A stretch of 64,000 nucleotides of DNA from a virus. Position 1 is the stretch's first letter. Each line of letters begins with the position of its first letter. Below the pieces are notes generated by a model, which was given only the letters and a program-made list of their open reading frames with translations, was not told where the DNA came from and ran no database searches. The DNA lies in IMG/VR virus record IMGVR_UViG_3300048587_000983. One strand, 5' to 3'. The position numbers and the translations under genes were made by a program. Positions 16,165 to 25,646 of the stretch are shown here, piece after piece.

Positions 16165-17091
16165 TTAGATCGTACCGCCCGTTGGGATTGGGTTTGGTAC
16201 ATCCATCTCGATCTTGGCGATCGACTTGATGTTACCGAAACCTTGGGCAATATACTCCCAAGTTTTCCAGACGATCAGATCGGCCTCTTTCTTGATCCAA
16301 AACTTGACGTCGTTCAGGATAAAGAAGTTGCCGAGGTAGGCGGGCTCAGTGAAGGCCCAGGTTTCGCCGGGAAGAACGAGGTCGTGCTTGTTGGTTACAA
16401 CAAGACGGCGCTTGAGGATCGACTCGTACTTGTAGCCATCCACGGTGATCTCGGAGGCCAAAGGCGAACCGATTTCGCTCGCGGGCTGGATCATGTAGTC
16501 GTCATAATCCACGGTGTTCATGAGGCAGCAGCCGACGGTCAGCTGATCGAAGTCGATCATTTTGAAGAGACTGTTCATCTCCTTACGATCGACCTGAGTC
16601 GCAGGCGACACGAGGCGCTTTCCGGTGATGGAGATGGCAGCTTCAGCGTGCTCCAAAAAGCGGAAATCTTCCACCTTCTGGATGTCCTTGATGCTGTTCT
16701 CCTCGATCACCTTTGTGATGGGGTAATCGTAGGCCAGCAGTTCGCCTTCGGACTTCACGAACTTCTCGGATTCGATCTTGTAGAAGGGAATCGCGTAACG
16801 TTTCCCTTGGATGTAGCGCTCGCTGGCGGTGCCAACGAAGTTTACAGCCATCGCTGCCGAATCGTGTTCGATGTCCACGATTTTGATCAGCGTATCATGA
16901 TCGGTCGAGCGGGTCAGATCCGCGCGAGTCACTGACTCTGGCGGGAGGATCCGGCGGGCGAAACCAATTTCACGAATCTTCGCGCGAATGAACGCGGCAC
17001 CTGCAGCTGCTGTTTTTTGCAAGCCCTCGACTGTGTCCAACTTCTCGATAAACAAATTGTTGAACGTCTGGGCGTCAAGACCTTCGTACAT
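16165..17091 (-). CDS. Major capsid protein (HK97-type fold, 308 aa)
   Basis: Follows protease/scaffold/decoration genes and has its own downstream hairpin; FARRILPP...PFYKIES...IQKVED pattern of HK97-type capsids; N-terminal QKTAAA. Confidence 0.8.
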   Translation of the reverse strand: MYEGLDAQTFNNLFIEKLDTVEGLQKTAAAGAAFIRAKIREIGFARRILPPESVTRADLTRSTDHDTLIKIVDIEHDSAAMAVNFVGTASERYIQGKRYAIPFYKIESEKFVKSEGELLAYDYPITKVIEENSIKDIQKVEDFRFLEHAEAAISITGKRLVSPATQVDRKEMNSLFKMIDFDQLTVGCCLMNTVDYDDYMIQPASEIGSPLASEITVDGYKYESILKRRLVVTNKHDLVLPGETWAFTEPAYLGNFFILNDVKFWIKKEADLIVWKTWEYIAQGFGNIKSIAKIEMDVPNPIPTGGTI

Positions 17092-17146
17092 CTATTCTTC
17101 TCCTTGATGTCTCAAAAGTGGTTGAATGTCGGAATCAAAGCTTCAA

Positions 17147-17635
17147 TTAAGGAGCTTCAAATCCGCCGCCCAGGGTTTCGTATTCCAGCCAGCCTGAGCC
17201 AACTGCAATCACGCGGGCCAGGGCTGCCTCACCGCTCGCGGCCTTGGTCAGTGCGGACTCGCCGCCGCCAAGGTCTTTCACAGTGAGCAGGTCACCGACA
17301 GCGTAGCTTTGCCCATCGTCATAGACGCTGGACTTGGCCTGAATCGGCCAGCTTGTGATGAGTGTTACCTGGCCAGTCGCCTTCACATCGAAACGGTCTG
17401 TTCCGGCGAAGACGAGATAAGTTTGGCCCACGGGAACCGCGCCTGCACGCTCGGCTTTACCGTCGGCATTCAGAACGGCCCACTCGCCAAGCCCAAGGAC
17501 TGTGTCCGCGGTGTTAAGCTTGACGTCCTTGCGGAACATGGACTCGAGACCCCGTGTAACAGACAAACGCATTTCGCTCGTCGTCAGGTCTTCGGTGATG
17601 GGCGCCACGCGGGCATCCGAAATGGCAACTACCAT
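17147..17635 (-). CDS. Capsid decoration/cement protein
   Basis: 162-aa beta-rich protein directly upstream of MCP; GEWAVL...YAVGDLLTV pattern; GGAGG SD. Confidence 0.65.
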   Translation of the reverse strand: MVVAISDARVAPITEDLTTSEMRLSVTRGLESMFRKDVKLNTADTVLGLGEWAVLNADGKAERAGAVPVGQTYLVFAGTDRFDVKATGQVTLITSWPIQAKSSVYDDGQSYAVGDLLTVKDLGGGESALTKAASGEAALARVIAVGSGWLEYETLGGGFEAP

Positions 17636-17665
17636 TCAGCATTCCTCCAAAAAAAGATTGTTCGC

Positions 17666-18547
17666 TCAATCGAGGAGGTCAGCCTGGAATTTCTCACTGG
17701 GCGTCAGACCTTGCGCGGCATCGCGGGACGAACCGTCCAGCTCACCGAGTTTCATCGTGCCTCCAGCTAACTCCACAGCCTTCTCCAATACCTTCAAATC
17801 CTCATTTACGAGCGACGCCAACTTTGATTGGAGTTCGCTATACGACTCGGGCGGCTGTTCGAGGCCACGCTCCACCTGTTTCCAGAAGATGCGTTCGGCC
17901 TGCGCCCGCTTCTCATGCTCCCTATTCTTCGCGTGAAGTTGGAGCATCACAGAAGCAACTTTTTCCCGCAGGTTTTGGTCCTGCGCTGAGGATTCAAGCG
18001 ATTGCGACGGTCTATTTGTTAAATGCTTCATGCCTTTTTCCAAGCCTACACCTACAATGATGGGGGTTGCAATATCTCTTGCCTTTGTAATTGGACCAAG
18101 AGCGGAAGATCGCATGACCTCCCGATGCAGCTTACCCTTCCAGGGGATGTTTTCTTTCACCCGGAAAAGGCGATCGCCAACGAGCGGCGTCTTTCTAAGG
18201 ACGTTGCCTACAGCGGTATCGGCCGCAAGTGCCGGGCCGCTTATGTGCTTCCAGATCGCGTTACGAACCCGTTCCTTGCCAAACATCTTTTCGGCTGCAA
18301 ACTGAGCGGGGAAGAGGAGAAGGGACTCTGCGCCTCCGCCCCCTTCAGTTGCCTGGGACTTGTAACCCTGCCATGCTCTTTCAACATTTTTCGTGTCGAT
18401 GCCTTTGGCAAAACCTTTGGGGATCCTGCCGACCGAGTTGGCCGCAGCCCTCATAACGGACGGAGCGGAACCCGCCTGTCCTTTGAGCCGCCGCACAAAC
18501 CCTCTCAGAAAGGCTTCCTTTGTCGTTTGTCCAAGGCTTATCGTCAC
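17666..18547 (-). CDS. Scaffold-like/internal head protein
   Basis: Upstream of decoration/MCP; coiled-coil C-terminus ending PSEKFQADLLD; variant tag EAFLRGF; KVA and KRA sites. Confidence 0.55.
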   Translation of the reverse strand: MTISLGQTTKEAFLRGFVRRLKGQAGSAPSVMRAAANSVGRIPKGFAKGIDTKNVERAWQGYKSQATEGGGGAESLLLFPAQFAAEKMFGKERVRNAIWKHISGPALAADTAVGNVLRKTPLVGDRLFRVKENIPWKGKLHREVMRSSALGPITKARDIATPIIVGVGLEKGMKHLTNRPSQSLESSAQDQNLREKVASVMLQLHAKNREHEKRAQAERIFWKQVERGLEQPPESYSELQSKLASLVNEDLKVLEKAVELAGGTMKLGELDGSSRDAAQGLTPSEKFQADLLD

Positions 18548-18549
18548 GA

Positions 18550-18948
18550 TCAGTTCTCCGTATGAAACCAGGGCATCTCACTGAGGACCGAGCGGAACTG
18601 GATCCCGGCAGTCTTTTCGAGCTGCGCGGTGATTTCGGCATCGCTATAGCCCTGGGCTTTGGCGGAGTCTTCAAACTGCGCGACCTTGATCAGGGTCGGC
18701 AGATTCAAAAGCGTATCGACGAGGGCCACGGCGTGCGCGATCTTTTCACGCATCGTGAATTCGAGGTCTTCATTCTGCGAGGCCTTTTTCTCGGTGGGGA
18801 CCGAGGGGGCTTTGCGAATTTGCTCGGCGAGCTTAAAGACATCGTCATCAGTCAGCTCGTCCTGTGAAGGCGAGGCTGTTTTCTCCGACACCCGGCGGGA
18901 TACGATCTCATCTGTGTCGCGGATGATTTCGGAAAGAGGTCTAACCAT
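18550..18948 (-). CDS. KxA-rich internal head/scaffold protein
   Basis: 6 of 9 Lys residues are in K-x-A (KTAS, KLAE, KKAS, KIAH, KVAQ, KTAG). Confidence 0.65.
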   Translation of the reverse strand: MVRPLSEIIRDTDEIVSRRVSEKTASPSQDELTDDDVFKLAEQIRKAPSVPTEKKASQNEDLEFTMREKIAHAVALVDTLLNLPTLIKVAQFEDSAKAQGYSDAEITAQLEKTAGIQFRSVLSEMPWFHTEN

Positions 18949-18971
18949 GAGGGCGACTCCTTAAGAAATGA

Positions 18972-18993
18972 CGGGAGAGCAGGTGCCCTCCCG
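18972..18993 (-). promoter_or_regulatory. Intergenic GC-rich hairpin in head operon
   Basis: CGGGAGGGC...GCTCTCCCG stem followed by TCATTTCTT on the minus strand. Confidence 0.45.
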
Positions 18994-19002
18994 CAGCCGT
19001 TT

Positions 19003-19674
19003 TTAGTCGTCCTTTTTTCTGCTCGCCGCGTAGCCGGCCGCGCCGCCAGCCGCCAGGTAAGGCGATGCTTTGGCGAGGGCCTTGCCGCCCGCTGCCGCGC
19101 GCTGCTTGGCGTTCAGGTTGCCCTTGACGCCGACGTTATCCATAAAGGAGTTACGACCGGTGGCTGCTGAACGAGCGTCGTCAGCCATTCCCTTGTGATA
19201 ATCCTTCACGGCCTTGCCGGCCTGACTGGCTTTGTCCTTGGCTTTGCCGGCAAAGTCTTTCGCCTTTTGCGCGCCGCCTGCCATAAACTTGCGGAAGCGG
19301 TCGAGGCCGGCCTTGGCTGCAGCCGAAGCCACCTTTTCTTCAACGAATGGTGCTATGTAGTGCCACTCGTTGCCATGACGATCGGAGCCCAGCTTGCGGA
19401 GACCATCATACTGGCCGCGCTCGATGAAGGCACCCATCTGCGCCGCGATTTTCTCGGCTTCCGGGTTATTCAGCTCGTCGCTTTCGCTGGCGATCTTTTC
19501 GGCTTCAGCAGCCTGCTTGTCCATGGCGTCGGCGATGTTCAGGGCAATTTCGAGGCCCTTATTGTACATCTCGCCGGCGACCTTGGCCTGCTCAGCGGCG
19601 ACCTTTTCAGTTTCTGCGCCGAAGTCGGTACTGAGGATGGCTTGCTGCTCTGGGGTCAGATCTTGAATACGCAT
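19003..19674 (-). CDS. KxA-rich internal head protein with Ala/Gly/Lys tail
   Basis: EKVAAE, DKQAAE, EKIASE, EKIAAQ, EKVASA; AAGGAG SD at 19674. Confidence 0.7.
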   Translation of the reverse strand: MRIQDLTPEQQAILSTDFGAETEKVAAEQAKVAGEMYNKGLEIALNIADAMDKQAAEAEKIASESDELNNPEAEKIAAQMGAFIERGQYDGLRKLGSDRHGNEWHYIAPFVEEKVASAAAKAGLDRFRKFMAGGAQKAKDFAGKAKDKASQAGKAVKDYHKGMADDARSAATGRNSFMDNVGVKGNLNAKQRAAAGGKALAKASPYLAAGGAAGYAASRKKDD

Positions 19675-19745
19675 ATCACTTGCTCCTTTTTGTCTATTTT
19701 TAGTTCGACTGCTCTGGAACCGGCTCATGCTGCCAATGGACTATT

Positions 19746-20387
19746 TCAGTCTTCCAACTGAGCCAGCAGCAGGTGCTTGGTCAGAGCCAGAGCTGCGGCA
19801 TGCTTTTGCTCGAAATGACCAACGGTGGACGCATTGTTTTTTGCCTTCACTTCGTCCTGAATGCTCACAGACTTGGTGTTGACGGCAGACGACGAGTCCG
19901 CGGGTTTGTTGTTGGCCTGGCCTTGTGGTGGCTCGACATCGGTTTGAACGGGACCGTCGTGATGAGCGGCGGTCGACGCGCTGATGGTTGCGCCGCCAGT
20001 GAGGGCCTCGGCAGCAATCTTTTCGATGCGACGATCCCACTGACTTGCATAGTGATCGAACGCGCGGGCGCCAAGGGCTTCCTCGGCTGCGTTTTTCTCT
20101 TCCTCGGCAGTCTTCACTGCGATGTCACGATCCTCTGGAAAGAGGGCTCCGTAGACGCCGTCAAGGTTAAACGAGGCGGATTTTTCCTCGTCCTTGTCTT
20201 CCTTGTCGTCGTCCTCCTTCTCCTCCTTTTCCTCTTCCTCGGCCTGCTTTCCGAAAAAGCCGTCGAATTTCAGTTCTTTTGCCAGCTTGGTCAGGGCATC
20301 ATCAGATTCCTGAGAGTTGACGGAAGCGGTTTTTGTCGAGGCGTTGTCGCCAAACGATGCTGCGAGCAGATCCTGAAGTGTAGCCAT
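19746..20387 (-). CDS. Acidic KxA-rich scaffold-like protein
   Basis: TKTASV, GKQAEE, EKSASF, VKTAEE, EKIAAE; poly-E/D/K tract; GGAGG SD. Confidence 0.7.
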   Translation of the reverse strand: MATLQDLLAASFGDNASTKTASVNSQESDDALTKLAKELKFDGFFGKQAEEEEKEEKEDDDKEDKDEEKSASFNLDGVYGALFPEDRDIAVKTAEEEKNAAEEALGARAFDHYASQWDRRIEKIAAEALTGGATISASTAAHHDGPVQTDVEPPQGQANNKPADSSSAVNTKSVSIQDEVKAKNNASTVGHFEQKHAAALALTKHLLLAQLED

Positions 20388-20422
20388 GGTTTCCTCCAAA
20401 AAAATGTCTGATTGCCACGAGA

Positions 20423-22444
20423 TCAACTGCGCTCGGACTTCTTTCTTCGAGCGAGCCAGGAGCCCCCGGCCATGATTCCCGAATCAAGAAGCCCGCCGAC
20501 GATTTTCCCAGGAAGGTTGACCTTGCCCGTGGCCAAAGGCCAAAGAAGGGCATTGCTCGCCAGTTCCTGGACATCTGCCGTCTTCATAGGGGCGCTCTCG
20601 TCACCAGTGCCGTCTTCAGCGACTTTTTTTAAGCCGCCGAGAACATTCTTGATGACCTTATGAGTTCCGCCTCCTCTGGCAGACTGCATGGCGTCCGCAA
20701 TCAGACCACCGCTTACGACGTCAGGGTGTTGCCGAAGAAACGCGCTCAATCGGCCCTCCGTCTCGTAGGGGTTTGCGTCTCGATGCGCCGCTAAAACTCC
20801 TGAGCCCATGTAGGCAGCTGGAATGCCTAGAAAGAGCCGCCTACCCGCTGCGCCGAGGTTTTGGGTAACCCCGCCGAGTTTGAGATACGGCTTTTGCTTC
20901 AGATCCTCGATCCGAGAATGCATGTCGTTGGCATCAGGGTTCGTATAGTCGCCGGTATTAAATTGTCCCTTAACTTTAGGTCCAAACGTACTATGAAATA
21001 CGGACAGAAGTCCAATGCCGAGTGCAGTCGCCAGACCTAAACCTGCATTTGATTGTAGCAGCTTATCTATTCCTTGAAGACTCCCTGCCGGGGCCTTTTT
21101 TGAAAGGGCTGCGTAGGCTCCCGCGGCCGCGAGCATAATCGGAACGATCCCCAGCGGGGTTCTATCCTTGGGCTTGCCGTCTTCGCCAATCTTCATGAAG
21201 GTCGGCAGATCGCTCCGGTTTTGAGCAGAGCCGGTTTTGATAAGGATGGCGATCCGCTTGGAAAGATGGGGGCTCGCATAGCTTCTCTCCGGCAGGAACG
21301 GCAAAAGGCTCTGCATCGCACCCTCATCGAAGTGGCGATGGCTGATATCAAAGGCGCCCATATCCGAAGCTCCGGGGTCGGGGCGCATCATTGGATCAAA
21401 GCAGAGGGCTCTTTGCTCCAGGGCGTCGGCCAATTCGCGCAGACCTTTGGAGAGCAAAAAGAGTCTTTGGAACTCCTCGGGCTTCGGAAGGATGCCGAGC
21501 ATCGTCATGGTGGAAAGTGAGCGGCTGAGGGGCAGTTTTGAGAGCCCATCGAGGACTTCCTTGGGCAGTCTCCGCTCCCGCGCCTTCACATCGGGGATCA
21601 TGCGGGCGATATCCTTCAGCGCCTCCCCGGCAGTCTGACTTGAAGGAGGGTCTTTGGCTGTTCCGGCCGGCACATGCTTTTCTATGGTTGCCGCCTTCGC
21701 AAGCTGGGCGGCTTTTTCCGCGAGCGCAGCCGAACTTACCCCGTAATAGATAGGGCGCGCGTGGGCGACCTTGCGAAGTGTCTTGGCGATCCGATCGGCG
21801 CCGATCAGCACATAGCTGATGTCAAAGAACTTCGGCTTGTAGTTTCTCACGAAGACCTTTTTGCCTGTCTCGGGATCGATTCGCCCCATGAGGTACTTTG
21901 CATGGTGGCAATAAAACTTCATGTTGGGAGCCTTGTTGCCGCAGATGCTGCAGACGTCGTAGGGTATCCGTGTTCCCATGGACCAGTCGGGGTACTGCCC
22001 GTGCTCAATCCTCTCGGCAATGTCAGGGGCTTTTGCGTCGTCCAAAAGAACGATGAGCTCCACCCTATGAAACTGTGCATTATAAACGGCGAGCGGGACA
22101 TCGCCGAAGGATGCCGCCGGGTTTTTGTTTACATGGTGCTTATAGATTTTTGCGTATTTTACAAAGGTTCTATAGCCGTAGTCCTCATCCCCTTCGTAGG
22201 CCAGCTCCGATTCCGGGAAGTAGTCGCCGTTGGCGTTATCACCCCAATACTCCCCTGCGCCGAGCGCCGTGAGGAGGATCTGCGTTTTGCCTGGAATCTT
22301 TTTCGCCGCGCCGATATACGAGGCAATCGTCGGATGGTAGGCGCCCTGCGAGGCCGTCTTCGTGAGGTAGCCTCGCTCGTAGTCGATAAGGTGGGTGAAA
22401 ATACCTTGCTCGGTTTTACCCGGAAAAAGAAGGAGCTTATCCAT
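20423..22444 (-). CDS. Prohead (capsid maturation) serine protease with long C-terminal extension
   Basis: NANGDYFP, KHH, WSMG nucleophile motif, CSICG...C Zn insertion, FFDISYV...GAD; located in head operon. Confidence 0.8.
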   Translation of the reverse strand: MDKLLLFPGKTEQGIFTHLIDYERGYLTKTASQGAYHPTIASYIGAAKKIPGKTQILLTALGAGEYWGDNANGDYFPESELAYEGDEDYGYRTFVKYAKIYKHHVNKNPAASFGDVPLAVYNAQFHRVELIVLLDDAKAPDIAERIEHGQYPDWSMGTRIPYDVCSICGNKAPNMKFYCHHAKYLMGRIDPETGKKVFVRNYKPKFFDISYVLIGADRIAKTLRKVAHARPIYYGVSSAALAEKAAQLAKAATIEKHVPAGTAKDPPSSQTAGEALKDIARMIPDVKARERRLPKEVLDGLSKLPLSRSLSTMTMLGILPKPEEFQRLFLLSKGLRELADALEQRALCFDPMMRPDPGASDMGAFDISHRHFDEGAMQSLLPFLPERSYASPHLSKRIAILIKTGSAQNRSDLPTFMKIGEDGKPKDRTPLGIVPIMLAAAGAYAALSKKAPAGSLQGIDKLLQSNAGLGLATALGIGLLSVFHSTFGPKVKGQFNTGDYTNPDANDMHSRIEDLKQKPYLKLGGVTQNLGAAGRRLFLGIPAAYMGSGVLAAHRDANPYETEGRLSAFLRQHPDVVSGGLIADAMQSARGGGTHKVIKNVLGGLKKVAEDGTGDESAPMKTADVQELASNALLWPLATGKVNLPGKIVGGLLDSGIMAGGSWLARRKKSERS

Positions 22445-23640
22445 CAGCTGCCCTTCGATGATTGGTTTTTCATGTTGACGCCAAGGTCACGCGCAAACAT
22501 CTGCCTGTTCTGCTGGCGCAAGGGCTCGGTCGTATCCTTGATTGCCGCGCGCAGGCCTTCGCCAAGCCCAAACGCTGTCGCTGCACCAGAAAAGCCAGCC
22601 ATGAAGGGGCTCGTCTGACCGGCTGAGGCAAGGTTTCGCTCGATATCGGTCAGCTGCTTGATGTCGGGGAGCTCCACATCCTGCGCCTGACCCATGATTC
22701 TGGCCATAAACGTCCGGGCCGAATCCGGGTGGAGGGCGACGTGGGGAGCAAAATGGACGAGCGTTTCAAATGCCCGGTAGGCTTCTGCCGGATTATCGTT
22801 GAGAGCCACCTGACTCTGCTGGTCAGGGTTTGTGAGCTTGTCGCGGCGCATGGCTTCTTCGTAGGATGCGCGAAGGCGCTGGGACATAACCTTGCTGTCG
22901 CGGCTCGCCTGCACCTGATTGATGACGCCATGACCAATGCCAGCGAGAAGTGGAATCGAACTCACGAGAGCCACGTTTTTGAGGGCCTGACCCACCGTCC
23001 CAGGGCGGATACCGCCAGCGGCTCTTGCGGCCATACCGCTCGCAGCGGCTCCGCCTCGGCGTATGGCATCGCCAATGCCGCCCATGATACCGGCTTCCTT
23101 GACGAGGCAGAAGACATCGGCGTACATCTCGCCGAGCCTTTCCGCAGAGGCCTTCTTCGACATTTTGCTATCGACCTTGCCTGCAAAGCCTGGATCCTTG
23201 GCCGTGTAGACGGCCTGAAGAACGGCGAGATGGTTCATGTCGTCGTTGGAAAAACCCGTGTGAAGAGTGCGGCCGATAAGGTCTTTTGCTTTTTTTGGGT
23301 CGGCGGCAATCGTCGGCGCAACCTTGGCGAGATCCGCGAAGCGCTTGTCTGCCAGCTCCAGATGACCCTGGAACGCGGGGTCCTGCATGACCGCGTCACG
23401 CGATTTTTGTATTTTGCCCACGACCCTTTGCACCTTCATCAGATCGAAAAGCTTTATACCCCCGAGGATGGCGGCACCGACGGCTGCGTTGCCTGCGTGC
23501 CTTCCGAAATGGGCGTCTGAAAAAGCTCCTTCGTCAGCGCCCAGCTTCAAAAGCGCGCTGCAGTCTTCGTAGATTTTGGCCTTTGCTTCAGGGCGAATCT
23601 CACCTGCGGAAGCCATCTTTTCAAGCCACACGATTTGCAT
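22444..23640 (-). CDS. Internal head protein (two related helical halves, Gly-rich hydrophobic segments)
   Basis: 398 aa; KMAS, KKAS, KEAG sites; repeated ...APxxAxxPxxA... motif in both halves. Confidence 0.65.
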   Translation of the reverse strand: MQIVWLEKMASAGEIRPEAKAKIYEDCSALLKLGADEGAFSDAHFGRHAGNAAVGAAILGGIKLFDLMKVQRVVGKIQKSRDAVMQDPAFQGHLELADKRFADLAKVAPTIAADPKKAKDLIGRTLHTGFSNDDMNHLAVLQAVYTAKDPGFAGKVDSKMSKKASAERLGEMYADVFCLVKEAGIMGGIGDAIRRGGAAASGMAARAAGGIRPGTVGQALKNVALVSSIPLLAGIGHGVINQVQASRDSKVMSQRLRASYEEAMRRDKLTNPDQQSQVALNDNPAEAYRAFETLVHFAPHVALHPDSARTFMARIMGQAQDVELPDIKQLTDIERNLASAGQTSPFMAGFSGAATAFGLGEGLRAAIKDTTEPLRQQNRQMFARDLGVNMKNQSSKGS

Positions 23641-23647
23641 GGAAACC

Positions 23648-23905
23648 TCACATATTGGCAGGAGCCGTCATTTTACTGGTCATAAGGTTTTTTGCACCGG
23701 TCGTGAGATCGTTCATCCGGCCAACCGACTTCGTCATGTCGTAGCCCGCACCCGCGGCCGTAGCGCTTACCATTGGATTTTTTACGAGCACCTTCCCTGC
23801 CCGGGACATACCCTGAAGTCCCATGCGTGCGACGGCCCCGATCATGGCCTCTTTGATAAGGTCTTTTGCGTCCGGAGCCAGCCTGGAGAGAAGATCGTCT
23901 TTCAC
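23648..23905 (-). CDS. Small Ala/Gly-rich head-operon protein
   Basis: 85 aa, coupled to upstream gene; IKEAMIG. Confidence 0.6.
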   Translation of the reverse strand: MKDDLLSRLAPDAKDLIKEAMIGAVARMGLQGMSRAGKVLVKNPMVSATAAGAGYDMTKSVGRMNDLTTGAKNLMTSKMTAPANM

Positions 23906-24816
23906 AGCGCGCGCACCTTTTGTTTGATGATGCGAAGCTGATCCTGCGTGAGTTTCAGCTGCTGATCATAGTTACGAAGATCGTTGCTCTGATCGCGGAA
24001 AGTCTTGAGCGTAATGTAGAGCGGGTGGTTGCCGTTGACGATCTGCGCGGGAAGGGTGGGGCTGATGAGGCCTTCCGGGGCTTTGAGGTCAGCCCTCTTT
24101 TCGGCTTTTTCGCTGGCGGTTTTTACCTGCTCACGCGTAAGAAGCCCGTCACGGCCCAGCGAGGCTGCAACCTCCGAAACAAGGGGAGCCGCAAACTGCA
24201 TGCCGGCGCATTTGACAAACGAAGCCAGCTTATCGAGCGCTTCGAGTCGTTGTGGCTGATTCATGGCACTTGAGAGCACGAAATCACGCGCCTGCTTTAT
24301 GAAGGTGGCGGCGGTTGACTCACGCTGCATCGAGAGCATGGCGACCTTGTCCTGAAGCATCCTGTCCATGGCCTCAAGCTTTTGATTTGCATGCCGCAAC
24401 TCATGACGAAGCGAGGCCGTCTTGTCCTGCGACTCGGGTTTTACACCGAAGGCTTCAAAGGGGTCGGCTTCCGCTTTTTTGATGACAGGCTCCGGCATGG
24501 CGCTCGCAACTTTAGTTTCTCCCCCATCAGCCTGAAGCCGGCGAATGGCAACGGCGGCATCGGCAAGCGGGAAGTCGGCTGCAAAGTATTTGTCCTCGGC
24601 CGAGGCGAACTTTTGCCTATGGATTTCCTTGTTAATCTCGGCTGCCAGCACGTTGATGCTGTCAGGTGTGAGGTCTTCGGCCTGAGCTGTCTTGCAGAGG
24701 GCTTCGGTCGGAAGAGTCCCCTCATTCAGATACTGGCCTGCGATGGTCCCTGCCCATTCACGGAAATGATCCATGCTGAGCTTGCGGGCCCCGAACGAGC
24801 TGGGCTCAAAAAACAT
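23902..24816 (-). CDS. First gene of head operon; KxA-rich helical protein
   Basis: 11 K-x-A sites in 304 aa; GGGAGG SD. Confidence 0.75.
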   Translation of the reverse strand: MFFEPSSFGARKLSMDHFREWAGTIAGQYLNEGTLPTEALCKTAQAEDLTPDSINVLAAEINKEIHRQKFASAEDKYFAADFPLADAAVAIRRLQADGGETKVASAMPEPVIKKAEADPFEAFGVKPESQDKTASLRHELRHANQKLEAMDRMLQDKVAMLSMQRESTAATFIKQARDFVLSSAMNQPQRLEALDKLASFVKCAGMQFAAPLVSEVAASLGRDGLLTREQVKTASEKAEKRADLKAPEGLISPTLPAQIVNGNHPLYITLKTFRDQSNDLRNYDQQLKLTQDQLRIIKQKVRAL

Positions 24817-24873
24817 ATATGCCTCCCGCAGAAGGATTTAGCTTGTCATATTGTCGTGTGTATGTCTTATGGA

Positions 24874-24903
24874 AGTATAGCCGCAGGCAGGTTCTTAGTC
24901 CAA
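24874..24903 (-). promoter_or_regulatory. Putative sigma70-like promoter of structural operon
   Basis: TTGGAC-18 nt-TATACT on the minus strand in AT-rich intergenic DNA about 60 nt upstream of ATG 24816. Confidence 0.4.
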
Positions 24904-25013
24904 ATATTTTATCTATTTTCCAGCCTTAGGCCACTTCTTTTTCGGAAGCGGCCTCCGTCGCCGGAGACCGCACTTGCGGGGGTTTTTCGGTAGGAGGACA
25001 GAAGAGCTAAAGC

Positions 25014-25262
25014 TCACTCTTTTCCGAGCACGCTATCGGCGATACGATTACCTAGACGCTCACCAAGCTTCCAGGCCCAACCTCTAACCGAGGAGATGAG
25101 ATGGGCACAGATAATCTGCTCGAAACTGGCCACAGCCTCCACATGCCTGTCCGTGTACCCCTTCATTCCGTGTTCCAGTTTTGCTCGAAGGGGAGGCGCA
25201 AAGAGAGGGTAATCCCGGTTTTCCTTGTGCCTCATAAAATCAATCACGTTTGACTTATCCAT
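25014..25262 (-). CDS. Hypothetical protein
   Basis: 82 aa, AGGAG SD. Confidence 0.55.
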   Translation of the reverse strand: MDKSNVIDFMRHKENRDYPLFAPPLRAKLEHGMKGYTDRHVEAVASFEQIICAHLISSVRGWAWKLGERLGNRIADSVLGKE

Positions 25263-25345
25263 ACGTACTCCTGCAATGGATTGACCGTCACTAGACTAAG
25301 GCAGTTTTTTATCAAACTGTCAATGTCCATCTGAAGGAAAAGTGC

Positions 25346-25585
25346 ATGTACCAATGTATTGGTTGCGAAACCCATGTCGATGAGAGCGGCCAGTGTTTCT
25401 GTGGAAAAACCTGCGTGGACCATAAGGGGCGCGTGTTTGGGGAGAACTTCATCGAGGTTGACGTATGCACAAGATCTGCTCGTAAATCCCATGTCTCAAC
25501 GTGTCCCTTCTGCGGATGGCGGGGTCTATGTGCCCCCCGTATTGGTCTGGGATGCCCGCGCCACGGGCTATGGGCGGAAAAGTAA
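25346..25585 (+). CDS. Small Cys-rich (multi-Zn-finger) protein
   Basis: CIGC, CFC, CPFC, CPRH. Confidence 0.55.
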   Translation: MYQCIGCETHVDESGQCFCGKTCVDHKGRVFGENFIEVDVCTRSARKSHVSTCPFCGWRGLCAPRIGLGCPRHGLWAEK

Positions 25586-25646
25586 AAGCTCTTCTTTTTT
25601 CTTTCGATTTGCGCCGGTATGATGGCGAAAACATCGAGGGGAAAAC

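Noticed and set aside
16165-17091. Encapsulin nanocompartment interpretation of the HK97-fold shell with tagged cargo
   Set aside because: Prohead protease, decoration, neck, sheath, tube and a phage replisome are all present, so this is a virion capsid, although the cargo-tag logic is analogous
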